124,000 nt of DNA, from positions 87,936,001 through 88,060,000 of the forward strand of contig OX597817.1 in NCBI GenBank assembly GCA_951406725.2. Reading direction: 5' to 3'. The translations under genes and the position numbers were made by a program. This stretch comes from Octopus vulgaris (taxonomy: Eukaryota). This document shows positions 1 through 44,664 of the stretch, piece by piece. The notes under the pieces are model-generated. The model was not told the DNA's origin. It did no database searches and was given only the letters and a program-made list of their open reading frames with translations. Position 1 is the first letter of the stretch, and each line of letters begins with the position of its first letter.

Positions 1-336
1 CACCTACACCCAGATATATCACTGCAAACAATAACTCTTTACTTGAATGGGTTATGGTACCCAAAAGATGACTGTAATATGAAACATCATTAAAATGTCT
101 TTTCTAGATGGTGCTATCAAGTTAGTCATAGCTTGAGCCAATTCTGGCCAAAACTTTTTTAAGTATCCAAGTACGTATATATATATACATAGGCACAGGA
201 GTGGCTTATAGGTGCAGGAGTGGTAAGTAGCTTGCTTACCAACCACATAGTTTTTGGGCAAGTGTCTTCTACTATAGCCTTGGGCTGACCAAAGCCTTGT
301 GAGTGGATTTGGTAGGTGGAAACTGAAAGAAGCCCG

Positions 337-387
<51 letters not shown>

Positions 388-435
388 AATAAATGAAAGA
401 ATGGAGTTGAACGATGAATTAACAAAATTCCTTTA

Positions 436-518
436 TTTTCGACATATGTTTCGAAGGCTGCATATTCCTAATTTTGAAGGAATAAGGGGTGCATTATGCC
501 GCCTTCTCATCAGGAAAA
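436..518 (-). ncRNA. Mirror hammerhead ribozyme in the inverted arm
   Basis: Reverse complement of 2089-2171 with an intact core. Confidence 0.85.
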
Positions 519-2088
519 GCAAGGAACTTATGTCAGCATCAAGATGCACAAAAACTTTTAGATGACTGCCCACACAGAGCCCATAGCGATAATGAGTGTT
601 TCTTTAAAATATTCCGTTATAAGCAGTGACGTCAAAAATGGTTGAATGTAGAAGATTCTAGAAGGTTCAAGGTTGGAGGGGGTAGGCCTAAGAATAGGAA
701 GGTGATAGGGTGCAGGTCATATGAATGGTGATTTTGTTGTTTTCTTTTGTGAATGAATGCCTATGTTTGTGTATGTATATAACTGCATTAATGTCTGTGT
801 GTGTGTATGTGTGTGCGTGATTGTGTGTGTGGTTGGGTAGATGCCAAAAACAGACAGTGGTGAAGTGACAGGTTTGTGTCTGTATGTTTGATTGTGCTTA
901 CGATAAAGAGAGGGAAAGAGAGAGAGAGAGGAGGGGGAGGTAGAGAGACAAAGGTAAAACATACCTCAATGGATTGGGTAGTAGTCCTTTAAGAGTATAA
1001 AAATTGACTATGGGGGTGATATATAAATGGGATTATATTATTAAAATTCAAGGAGGTTATCTATATTAATCATTATTCATATGAGTGAAAGGTGTGTTTT
1101 TGCCAGTGCATGCACCTAAAGGTTTTCTCGACCATTGTATTTATTAAAGGAACTTTGGCGAACAATATATGGAAAAGTTCGGAATTACAGACGCCACAAA
1201 ATTTTCTGCCCTTATCAAATGGAAAGGATACCGACAATATGGACCATTCCAGCCTGAAAGTTGTATTGCTGTCCTTAAGACGCCAAACTAATTTACTTAA
1301 CAGCACAGGACTAAGTAAATTAGTTTGGCGTCTTAAGGACAGCAATACAACTTTCAGGCTGGAATGGTCCATATTGTCGGTATCGTTTCCGTTTGATAAG
1401 GGCAGAAAATTTTGTGGCGTCTGTAATTCCGAACTTTTCCATATATTGTTCGCCAAAGTTCCTTTAATAAATACAATGGTCGAGAAATCCTTTAGGTGCA
1501 TGCACTGGCAAAAACACACCTTTCACTCATATGAATAATGATTAATATAGATAACCTCCTTGAATTTTAATAATATAATCCCATTTATATATCACCCCCA
1601 TAGTCAATTTTTATACTCTTAAAGGACTACTACCCAATCCATTGAGGTATGTTTTACCTCCCCCTCCTCTCTCTCTCTTTCCTTCTCTCTATCGTAAGCA
1701 CAATCAAACACACAGACACAAACCTGTCACTTCACCACTGTCTGTTTTTGGCATCTACCCAACCACACACACAATCACGCACACACATACACACACACAG
1801 ACATTAATGCAGTTATATACATACACACACATAGGCACTCATTCACAAAAGAAAACAACAAAATCACCATTCATATGACCTGCACCCTATCACTTTCCTA
1901 TTCTTAGGCCTACCTCCTCCAACCTTGTTTGAACCCTTGAACCTTCTAGAATCTTCTACATTCAACCATTTTTGACGTCACTGCTTATAACGGAATATTT
2001 TAAAGAAACACTCATTATCGCTATGGGCTCTGTGTGGGCAGTCATCTAAAAGTTTTTGTGCATCTTGATGCTGATATAAGTTCCTTGT

Positions 2089-2171
2089 TTTTCCTGATGA
2101 GAAGGCGGCATAATGCACCCCTTATTCCTTCGAAATTAGGAATATGCAGCCTTCGAAACATATGTCGAAAA
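2089..2171 (+). ncRNA. Type I hammerhead ribozyme (PLE pLTR)
   Basis: ttttc-CTGATGA-GAAGGC...GCCTTC-GAAAC-ATAT-GTC-gaaaa; stems I and II pair, and stem III is the palindrome ACATATGT. Confidence 0.88.
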
Positions 2172-2601
2172 TAAAATAAAGGAATTTTGTTAATTCGTCG
2201 TTCAACTCCATTCTTTCATTTATTTGTATTTAAAAAAACACACAATTTTCCACACGAAAGCACGTGATCTCTGCCCTAGGCATGTAGCTTCAACCGTGTT
2301 TTTCTGACGTGAATTTGCTACCCAGGTATCGGTTAACCGAATTATCCATAATAAGATAATTCATTCAACTACTCTTATATATATATGTATGTATATGTTT
2401 GTGTGTTTCTGTTTGTCCTCTTAACATCGCTTGACAACTGATGCTGGTGTGTTTGCATCCTCGTCGGTTAACGGTTCAGCAAGAGAGACCAATAGAATAA
2501 GTACTGGGGTTGATTTGCTTGACTAAAGGTGGTGATCCAGCATGGCCACAGTCAAATGACTAAAACAAATAAAAGAAGTAAAGAATAAAAGAATATATGT
2601 A

Positions 2602-2649
<48 letters not shown>

Positions 2650-2960
2650 CATATATGTGTGTGTGTCTGTATCATGTAAAATGCTCTCATTCTGGTGCTA
2701 CGTAAACTCATCCAACATGCAAAATGCACCCAGTACACTTTGTAAAGTGGTTGGCATTAGGTAGGGCATCCAGCCATAGAAACCTTGCCAAAATAGACAA
2801 TTGGAGTCTGGATAACTCTCCAGTTGGCAGCTCCTATTTAACTATCCAACCCATGCCAGCATGGAAAACAGATGTTAAACAATGATGATGATATATATGA
2901 ACATATATAGCTGTAATTGAATGGAATGAACATTTACTCTCTCACCTCACTTATCTGTTC

Positions 2961-2994
<34 letters not shown>

Positions 2995-4149
2995 GGCATA
3001 GGAGTGGTGTGGTAGTAGCTTCCTTACCAACCTCATGGTTCCGGGTTCATTCCCACTGTGTGGCACCTTGGGCAAGTGTCTTCTACTATAGCCTCAGGCC
3101 GACCAAAGCCTTGAGTGGATTTCGTAGACGGAAACTGAAAGAAGCCCATCATATATATGTATATGTATGTGTGTGTGTATGTTTGTATATGGTGGTGTGT
3201 TTACATCCCCGTAACTTAGCTGTTCAGCAAAAGAGACAAATAGAATAAGTACTAGGCTTACAAAGAATAAGTCCTGAGGTCGATTTCTCGACTAAAGGTG
3301 GTGCTCCAGCATGGCCACAGTCAGATGACTGAAACAAGTAAAAGAGTAACGAGTAATACACACACACACACACACACACACACTTTTCACCAGTTGTTAT
3401 TCTTAATAGTATCCAATCCCTTATGGAGCAAGTGTATATGTATTTTCAATTGGGTTGGTTGAAGCAAGCAGAGCTGTTAAAACTAAACTGGAATTTCAAG
3501 GTTGAACTTTTCACTTGAGGATTCAGATTTTTGTATTCTATAATAATTTTCATATTTGATAAGTGATTAGCTTTTCCTTGGTATTTGATTTAATAATTAA
3601 ATGCTTTGCTGATCAGTAAGATCATCGTTCACTGCATAAACTACCAGGAGACTCAAATCCTCTACTCCATTCACTGTCAAATCTCACCTCAACAAAAAAC
3701 ACTATTCTTAATTTTGTAAATTTTCCAAGCTATTAAACCCCATCATTCACAGTTTTATGTTCTGCACTATCAAAAGTACTTGGAGACAAAAATTGGTCCA
3801 GTCAGTGTGATGTGGAAAATGCTAAAACATCAAAGATAAAGTTCTTTTACTTTTTTTCTTTTTTTCTAACTTGTTTCAGTCATTGGACTGTCGCCATGCT
3901 GGGGCAACACTTTGGAGATTTTTGTTGATTAAATCAATCCCAGCGCTTAATGTTTAAGCCTGGTTCTTATTTTATCAGTCTCTTAGGTTGAACTGCTTAA
4001 TTACTAGGAGGAAAACGACCCAACAAAGGTTGTCAAGTAGTGTAGGTGGACAAACACACACACCTCACACATATCCATCCATGTATATATATATATGCTA
4101 GCATGGAAAACAGACGTTAAACGATGATGATGATGATGATGATGATGAT

Positions 4150-4185
<36 letters not shown>

Positions 4186-5660
4186 TTATGAACCTTTCGG
4201 AATGATAGACGACTGAGATATGTGGCACATTGCTGAACTTGAGAAGACCTGCCCGCCACAAGAGAATTGAAATTTGAAAACCAAGGTACCCAAATACCTC
4301 TCTCACTCTCTCTCTCCCTTCCCAAATACAAACTTACAAAAGTGTAAGCTGAATATCAACCACAGAAGACTAGGTGAGCTTGCTTCTCTTCCTTATGCAA
4401 AAAAATTATGTTTTTGAAAATAATCTAATCATGAACCTGGTTCCAACAGTTGATGTAAATGTCTGAATTTGAGGAATCACTAACTGTTGCATCATCAATG
4501 TTGTGATGTTAAATTGCTTAAAAAAGAATTTCATTGTGTCAGAAAAGTTATATCTAACAGATATTTTTTTTATCTTCAAAAACCATTCATACCAACATTT
4601 TCTTACATTTTTATTTTGTTGGAAATTTGTCTGTTGTAATGTAAAATTTTAAATAGCTAAGAAACTTCTCTTTCAATCATCAATGATCTAAAAATGGTGA
4701 AAAAACATAGTTAAGTGCAAGTAAAAAGAAATATGACAAAAGTTGTATAGCTAAATCTAGCCAAAGGGAAATTTATATTATTGTTCAGAAATATTACCAA
4801 ATGTAAAAAAGGAAAATATTTGCACCAACCATTCATAAAACACATTACAGACACCAATCTATTGTTAGTACTGAAAAAAATAAATGTGAAAATGTTGAGA
4901 AATTTGTCAGATGTAACATTTGTCAAAGAAGTCAATGCTTTAATACTTCTGAGACACACAACAATCCAGTTAAATATGGATATGTTTTCTCTTTATGCAT
5001 TTTTCATGAACTTGGCACTGTTTAATAATTGCTGGTTCAACTCCAACAAAATTTGAAGTCATGATTTAAAAACAGTTTTCTTAGCAGTCATCCAAAACAA
5101 TGTATTACATGACCATGAAAAAGGAAAACTCTGTTGCTGTTGCAGTTGTTGTTGTGTGCTGATGCCATTGTTTTTGCTGCTGCTGCTGCAGTTGTTTAAC
5201 CCCAAGTTAACCTTCATTGGGCAAACTTAGGACCACATGTATCCCAGCCATGAGCTCCCTATCTTTTTCTTGTCACAATGTACCCAAGATATCATTATCC
5301 AATCCTTAACACAATAGAATGTGACTTGAGGGACATATAGCTGCTATTTCATGCCGGTCAATCATAGAGGTTCTCTCATTGGCCCATTAAAAAAAAATCT
5401 GGTATTGGTTTGTTTTTTTTTCGCAGCTTGCCAACTATTTTTTTATTCTTTTCTTTTGCTCTTTTACTTGTTTCAGTCATTTGACTGCAACCATGCTGGA
5501 GCACCACCCTTGAAGGGTTATAGTTGAACAAATCGACCCCTGGACTTAATTCTTAATACTTATTCTATGTCTTGTTTTTGCTGAACTGCTAAGTTACAGG
5601 GATGTAGACACACCAACACTGGTTGTCAAGCAGTGATGGGAGGACAAACACAGACACAAA

Positions 5661-5703
<43 letters not shown>

Positions 5704-7970
5704 GATGGGTTTCTTTCAGTTTCTGTCTACCAAATCTAAGGCTATAGTAGAAGACACTTGCCCAAGGTTCCATGCAGTGGGACTGAACTCGGAACCATGT
5801 AGTTGAGAAGCAAGTTTCTTATTACACAGCCACACCTGCATCTTTCTTTTATCTTATTTTAATGATTTTTCAACCATATTGTTTTATGAATTTGGTATCT
5901 CATTTTTTAAGATTGAGAGGATTTATTCCAGAAGTTTGTATGCAACATTAGCAGTTTACAGATTTTTGAAAGATGTGAATGTCTCGTCAATGTATGAATG
6001 TCTTCTCAATATGTGTCTCAATGTTAGTATATGGGTGTCTCATTATCAATGTATAAGTGGCTCAACATCAATATATAAATGTCTCATTGTCAAGATATGG
6101 GTGTCTAAATGTCAAGGCATAGGTTTCTCAGTTTCAAAATACGTTTCTTTATGAGCGTCTCAATACAAGAGTCTCTATGTCAATGTATATGAGTGTCTCA
6201 TTGTCAATATATGTGTCTCAATACATGAGTGTTTCATTGTCAATAAATGTCTTGTCAGAATATATGAGAGTCTTAGGCAGTGAGCTGGTTGGATCATTAG
6301 TGTGCCAGGCAAAATGCTTAGCAGCATTTTGTCCATTTTTACGTTCTGGGTCCAAATTCCACCAAGGTTGATTATGCCTTTCATCCTTTTGGAGTAGATA
6401 AAATAAGACCCCAGTTGAGCACTGGAGTCAATGTAATTAATGTAACCCTTCCCCCAAAGTTGCTGGCCTTGTGTCAGAATTTGAAACCAATATATATGAG
6501 AGTCTCATTATTAATATATGAGTGTCTCTTCAATGCATGAATGTCTCATTGCCAATATATATGAATGTTTTATTGTGGGTGTCCTGCTGTGAAGAGTTAT
6601 GTATGTAAACACATTCATAGAAACAGTATGAAGTTATTTCATTAATAACTCTATGACTGTGTGCAGTCAGTCAGAAAGGTTTTCATTAAGATAACCAACT
6701 GTACAGAAAGACACTCTAATATGAAACCTGTAAATGGTTGGCATCACTAATGTTCTGCTTCTATTACCGTTAAATGCTATTTCTTTCTCACAAACATCAT
6801 TTACATTCCGTACATTGTCTCTGTAATTGATAACAAATCACTGAGGTATTACAATGACTTCATTGTTTTATTACATGTGCAAAATTTTACAGAATGTTTA
6901 TCACCTTATAGAAACCAATGAACTGTCTTCTGAAATTCCAGCAGAGCAAAATAGCCATTACACTGGTAATAATCAATATTACAATGATCACCAGTAATAA
7001 TCAATATGATAATAGTGGTTTTCTTCACTAGTGACAGATGAGATTATTTTATTTATGGGCTAAATATTGGTGGAATAAATAATTAGATAAGCTACTGAAG
7101 AGCTGGCACACAGGTCAGTTATCTGTATTCTATAGTCATTATTGCATTGTATCTATGGTTAATTGCTTGTTCCACCTAACTCTATATATGGATCCAAATT
7201 TATACTTAGGACACCCCAACCCTTCAAATTTGCAGGCCCAATAAATCAAAAGAGGGCTCAGTTGTTTTAAAATTTTTTATTGGATTAAAAAAAATTTAAA
7301 CAAGTAAAAAAAATAATTTTTACAAATTATTTGTTTGGTTGCTGTAAATACATTTTTCAAATTTTTAATTCTAAGTTTTAGACTTCTCTGAGTTAGAGGT
7401 CCATGGCCCATATCAATCCATACTTAAATCTGGACCTGTGTATATATGATTACCAGAGACTGGTCATTATTAGCCTGGGGTAATTATACATACAGTTAGG
7501 TGGAGCAAGCAGCAGCATTGTAGAAATGCTTTTTGTTGTCTCTCTTGTATTTAAAACAATATGACCAGAACTAAGTAGCAACTGCCATGCAGTCTGGGGC
7601 TTCATGAAAGGACACAGGGTTGATGTTAGTACATGTATATGTTTGTATGCATCTATAAACATATGGTGTTGCTGTCGGTGTTGCTGTCAGTTCTCCTGTC
7701 AACAAATTATCTGCTCACTTCATGCCTTTGAAACCACATAGAATATAAGATTCCTTGCTTGAAAAACTGATAAAGTTAGTGACAGGAGAGGCATCTAGCT
7801 GTAAAACTGACATATTCATATAACCCATGCTAGTGTGGAAAAAGTGACATAAAAAAAAGAAGATAATGTGTATGTGTGTGTGCACACGTGCATGCATGTA
7901 TTTATGTACAGATATATCATAGCAAAGCTTCTAATTTTACTGCTGTCCTATCTTTTCTTTTCACTGCCAG

Positions 7971-38836
<30,866 letters not shown>

Positions 38837-40569
38837 TTTGACTTCGAATTGCAATGACAATTCAGAATGGTTCCTAAGTCATTTTAAATTATTCTATGGC
38901 CATTGTTTCAACTATGTCGGTCAGTGAAAACTCATTGGAAAGAAAAAGTTCAAAGAATAAAGGGCTGTACAGCTAAATACAGATTTATCATCATGTCAGT
39001 ATGATGATGATTTCTTTTCAGAAAGATCTCATGGAAATTATCTTTTTGTTTAATTTCTGACACTGATTGGCACAAGGCTGTACATTTTAGAGGAGGTGGT
39101 TTAGTCCATTGAAAAGATACCAATTCAATGTCTTTATGTTGTTTCATATACGTACATAGCATTTGGTGACATATTTTATCTCCAAATATTAGTGATGAGG
39201 TTAAAAACCACCCCTCTAAATCTTTTCATGAATTCTAACAAATAATTTAATTTAAGCTTATATAAAGTGATGACTGAAAGAAATATTTATGATAGTATAT
39301 GTATTTGGAATTTTGGGGTTAGTGCTCTTAACATTCTGAACTGAAATCCCTCCAAATTGTGTGAATTGGCAGATCTTCTTCTACAACACGGCATGTTGCT
39401 AATTATCATGGTCCTTTCTCATTTCCTTTGTGAAATCCAATATCTCGCATTCCATCCACTTTCAATGCTTTGCACTTCTTTATATGACTGTCATTCTTTA
39501 TATGTCCATTCTCTTTGTCTTTTCTCATACTCTGCATCAGATTCCTTTTGTATCCAGTTTTTCTCTCTGTGTACTTCAATTCTGTCATTCATGTACACCA
39601 AAATTACACATCCAGCAGAGCATACTCACTTCAGTTCTTTCTAGTCTTCATAAATCTTCTGCATTCAAAACCCACAGCTTGTTTCCATGCAACATTGCTT
39701 TCGTACACAATCATCTTACAATCTGCTCTTTGTTCTAACAGAGAAGTTCTTTGTTATCAGCAGAGATTATAGCTCCTGAGAATGACAGGCAGAGTCTACA
39801 TACTTCAGTAGGAATCTGAACTGAGATTGTAAAGGGACAGGATGTTTAATCTAACACTTTACCATTTCTGCCATTCTACCTACCTAATACTCCTAATAAT
39901 AGACACAAGGCCATAAATTTGCAGGGAGGAGTTAGTTGACTGAATCAACTCCAGAATTTGACTAGTACTTTATTTATTAACTCCAGAAGGATAAATGGCA
40001 AAACTGACTTTGGCAGGATTTGAACTCAAAATGTAAAGAGCTGGAAAAAATGTTGCAAGGCATTTTATATGACATAGTAACGATTCTGCCAATCTACTAC
40101 CCTGGCATTTATAATAATATTTCAAATTTTGGCACAATGCCAGCAATTTTAGGGGAAGAGCAAATCAATTACATCAACCCTAGCACTTGACTGGTATTAG
40201 ATTTTAATGACCCCAAAAGGATGAAAGGCAAATTTGACTTAAGAAGAATTTGAAATCAGAACATAAAAAACCCAAAGAAGCATTTTGTCTGATGCTGTAA
40301 AGGGTTATGCCAGCTTGCCACCTTAGTAATAATAATAATCTTTTCTAGAATAGGCACAGGGCTGAAATTTTGTGAGAAGGAGCTAGTTGATTGCATCAAC
40401 CCTAGTGCATAACTAGTATGTATTTTACTGACCCCAAAAGGATAAAAGGCAAAGTCGACCTTGGCAGAATTTGAACTCAAAACATAAAGCTGGAAGAAAT
40501 GCCATGAAGCATTTTCTTCAACATGCTAATGATTCAGCCAACTTGCTACCTTAGTAATAATAATAATTA

Positions 40570-41410
40570 ATTCTTTTATTAGCCACAATGGCTCACATAC
40601 ACTAACTTTAAATGACATGACATAAACATAAAAGACAACACAAGACAAGACAAAGGGTTTTACAGCATGTAAACAATTTATAACAATAAAAAATTAAATT
40701 AAAACTCCCATAGGGGAGGCGCTTTAAAGGTCCTCGTGGAAAAACCCACAAAAGCCATGGGTTCCTGAACAACAGGGCAAGAGCCCTTCTCCTTTAATTT
40801 ACAGGTGCACGCTTAGAATTGGTCCTTTCACACTGGTCATTCTTCCAACATTCACCCACCTTTCAACAAACTTGCTGGAAGGCAACACTTCCTTCTCCAC
40901 CCTCACTTTCCTCTTCAAGTGAAACTTGAAGAAGTTGATGAGGGCTTGGCCAAAGAGGAAAGTGTCTGTCTTTAGCCCTTTCAAATGGGTCCGCCACACT
41001 ACCTCTTTTGCTACAGCCACTACACAAATAAAAATTGTCTGCCCTTCTCAGCCAAAAGAGGGCAACAGGGCAACCTTCACAATGGATTCAGCCAATAGCT
41101 GCATTCATCCTACACGCGGCAGCAGGTGTTCAGTATAAGCCCACAGGTCAGCAATACTCAGGCACTGGGCGAGGGCATGCAGAACAGTTTCATCACCCTG
41201 CACACACCTCCGGCAGGCTCAGCTGATAGCACTTCCCTGCCTGTAAAGTTTATCTCAAACAGGCAGCACCCCTTGATAGAACTGCCAGGCAAGGGATTTC
41301 TGGAAGTTATCCATAGGCCCAGGTATGAAAGTTCTCTGAAACAGACTGGTTAATTAATTTTCATAGACGTCCAGAGTTTCCCCAAGTACGTCATCGCACT
41401 TTCCCTCCAG
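40570..41410 (-). mobile_element. 3' fragment of the same Tx1/L1-like LINE
   Basis: ORF 40799-41020 is near-identical to 26371-26634. Confidence 0.85.
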
Positions 41411-41568
41411 GATGAAAGGGTAAGAAGATTACATCAACCTCAGTGCACAACTGGTACTTATTTCATTGACCCTAAAAGGATGAAATACAAAGCTGACCTC
41501 AGTAGAATTCGAACTCAGAATCTAAGCATTTTTGTCTGATGCTGTAATGACTCTGCCAGCTCAATGCC

Positions 41569-41601
<33 letters not shown>

Positions 41602-44351
41602 GTTTAAAATTTTGGCAGAAATTTTGGGGGTTGGAGGTAAATTGTTTAGTACTTATTTTATCAACGCTGAAAGGATGGAAAGCAAATTTGAACTCAGAAC
41701 ATAAAGATAGCCAAAATGCCACTAAGCATTTAGCCCAACATGCCAGCAGTTCTGCCAGCTCACCGCCTTATTAATAATAATAATGGTTTCACTTTTTGGC
41801 ACGAGGCCAGTAATTTCAGGGGAGAGGGCTTAGTCAATTACATCAACCCCAGTGCTCAACTGGTACTTATTTTATCGACCCTGAAAGGATGAAAAGTGAA
41901 GTTGATCTTGGCAGAATTTGAACTCAGAACATAAAGACAGAAAAAATGAATTTAAGCATTTCCCTAGTGTGCTAATAACCATAACTTCATTTAAAAGACT
42001 CAGCTATCACAAACATTTATAACTATTGACAACTGTTATCAACCACTTTTGTGATTCTTTATATTGGTTATTCTGTAATAGAATCAATTGGAAACACAAT
42101 AATCTACCAAATTACTTATAACTTCATTAGTTACAGTTCTTGTTTTAATGAGATGTCATTCTTTGCATACATTACAGGTTTCTTTTAGATATATATTTTT
42201 CCAATTACTAAAATATATTTTAATTTTGTTCATCATTGTGGAATATAGATTCTTCATTGCCACTCAGAGAAATTCCTTGTAAGTTTAATCAATATTTTAT
42301 ATCCAAATATGTTTCATAGAGTAAAGAAAACCAGTTTATAGTAATCTAAGGCTACAACCCAGTTTGAATTCTTAATTGTAGATATTTTCTCCTCTTGGTT
42401 ATGCTGCTTATACTACCAAATCTCTTCCTCTCTTTCTTGTAAAACAAGGCTATGTGACTCATTAAAACAGAATGAATGCCAGCATTTAAAGAAAGACAGT
42501 TATTGTCAATAAGATTATTTAATGATTAGAAACAATATGGAAAGAAACTGAATATATATAGAATAAAAAATGTTTATATTTATTTCTCTACAGTTCAGAA
42601 ATCCTTTTGAGAGAACAATTAATGTTCCTTTAATAAAATATGTTACCACAATGAAAGCAGTCTCAAATTTTGAATCAAGACTTATAGAATAATTAAAGCT
42701 GATTAAAAATTTGAAATTATCAAAACTCAGCTGAATTGCAATTCAGGTAATTTTCATAATTATGTTTTTCCAATATCATAATAAACGTATTTTGTCATAT
42801 TTAGATTTCCAAATAATTAATGTAATATTTAATTATGTATTGTTCAGCTTATAATGATGAATTAATAACATAAATTACTCTAGGTGATGATTCCTTTCTA
42901 ACATATATTATATGGTATTAAAAAGAATTCATTGAAACGTGTGTTGATTTTTAAAAAAACTTTGCTTTATATCAACTCCCAACACCAGCAAGATTTCTAC
43001 TGCATCTACTATAAATGGAGAACTTCTTCAACTGATGTAAAATGACATATTCCATTGTTTTGCAGATCTATTAAATCAGATTGTATATTTTTTTTAAGAA
43101 ATGGTATCCAAAGAAATTTGAAAGACAATAACAAAAGCTTATAATTTATTTTTGCATCATATTGTCTCAGTGAGTTATTGAGATGAGCAACAATGGCAGT
43201 TTAGCATACTTCTGTACACTGAACAGCTTCAACAGGCATGAAGGTAGATTTCATATTTTAAACTAAAAACAAGACACAGTTGAGAAAAAAAAAAGACAGA
43301 AAAGAAAAGAAAGAACTACAATAACTCGAGTGGTACGCATACACAAAAAAAAATGAATAAATAAAGAAAACAGTTGTGGAATTTCAAAATATACAAAAGG
43401 TATTTTTATACAATATTTTCACATATATATGTATATATATATATATGTGTGTGTGTGTATTTGTGAGAGTGTGTATGTACATATATATGTGTTAATTCAC
43501 ATATATTCAAATATTTGAACATTTAATGAAAGACAAATAAATATATGATATGTTTTCCAGACATGTGTCTGTGACCAATACATAAGGAAGTTGTGTCTGG
43601 TTTAAAAATGATAATTGATACCTTCATAAGACATTGACTTCAAACACATAACCACATGCTGATATCCACAGTAAGTAAAAGGGAAACAGAGAATCCAGCT
43701 ATTTTACATGATCTGCACACAAGAATTATAGAGCTATTGCAGATAGATTATTATTTTTTTTTATACATATCTATCAACAAGATATGAAAAAAATAACTTC
43801 CAAATGGTTATGAGTGCTTGTCTACCTCATGTGCATTGTATGGCATTGAGGAAAGAGTTAAATGTTAAGGTATGAAGAGAGAAAAAACACCCATCTTTTA
43901 CAGGTATACATACTTAAGCCGTTCTTCTTAAAATAAATTTTGGCTGGATCATTCCATATATATATATATATTAATGTCATAGACATTAAACAAAATATTT
44001 TTTTATATATAACTTATTTTGTAAAAGTCGTCTAAATATTTTTTTAGTTGATGTGATATTTCAGTGTTTTCCAAAGCTCATTAGAGTAAGTTAATAATAG
44101 TAACGTTTGAAGATCTTGAAATATAATAAATATAATACTTCAGCAATATATAGTATACAAGATGTTTAAAACTAATAAAAAAAAGAGGTAACTAAAATTT
44201 TACCCTCCTCAGCAAGTGAATAAGGGAGGGACTGAAACAGCCTTAAAAAAGGGGAGGAAACTCAGTTGACCAACTTAATTTTAGTTGGTTGAACCAATGG
44301 GGAAGAGTAAATGAAGAAATAAAGACAGTTATCTCTGAAATTATTAAAGAG

Positions 44352-44664
44352 TCAAGGTGTGAGTGGAGGTAAATTCACTGCCCAATAACCTTTGTGAGAA
44401 TAAAAAGAACGTGCTAGATATTCCAAAAGTTTCACGGAATCATGGAAAACATTGGCCGGGTTGACAACAAAATCTGAACAGTAGTTTATAGTAGTTAACA
44501 ATGAACAATACTGTCGGTTAGTTTTAAGGTTTCGGAGGGCATTCAGTGCTTGTTTACCAGGTGAGTGCAATACAATAGACATCTCTGGATGAACTCGTAA
44601 AGTCAGATCAGGGTGGAGAGTGGTTTGCAGAAATACATACAAAGCACGACAGGTGAGCCGGAAT
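44352..44664 (-). CDS. EPG5: EPG5 last coding exon
   Basis: [18 protein letters not shown]...[10 protein letters not shown]...LPPLTP*; phase 2. Confidence 0.92.

Larger units (their letters stand above)
383..2375 (+). mobile_element. 5'-truncated Penelope-like retroelement in inverted (palindromic) arrangement, inserted in the (TA)n tract of a SINE
   Basis: Arms 383-1299 and 1312-2229 are reverse complements around a 12-nt spacer. 1312-1538 encodes a GIY-YIG C-terminal-like peptide (LSKLVWRLKD..LEWSIL..C..C..E....CMH). Each arm has a pLTR hammerhead. The host SINE halves sit at 191-382 and 2376-2570. Confidence 0.85.

Noticed and set aside
1073-1538. Two mirror 148-aa ORFs that look like a gene pair
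   Set aside because: They are a consequence of the palindrome; only the half after the loop is real PLE GIY-YIG C-terminal coding sequence.
5911-6965. Possible extra upstream TBC1D32 exons (IERIYSRSL.. from 5911; NVYHLIETNEL.. at 6893-6965)
   Set aside because: Weak similarity. The second ends in phase 1 while exon 7971 needs phase 0, so they cannot be supported without RNA data.
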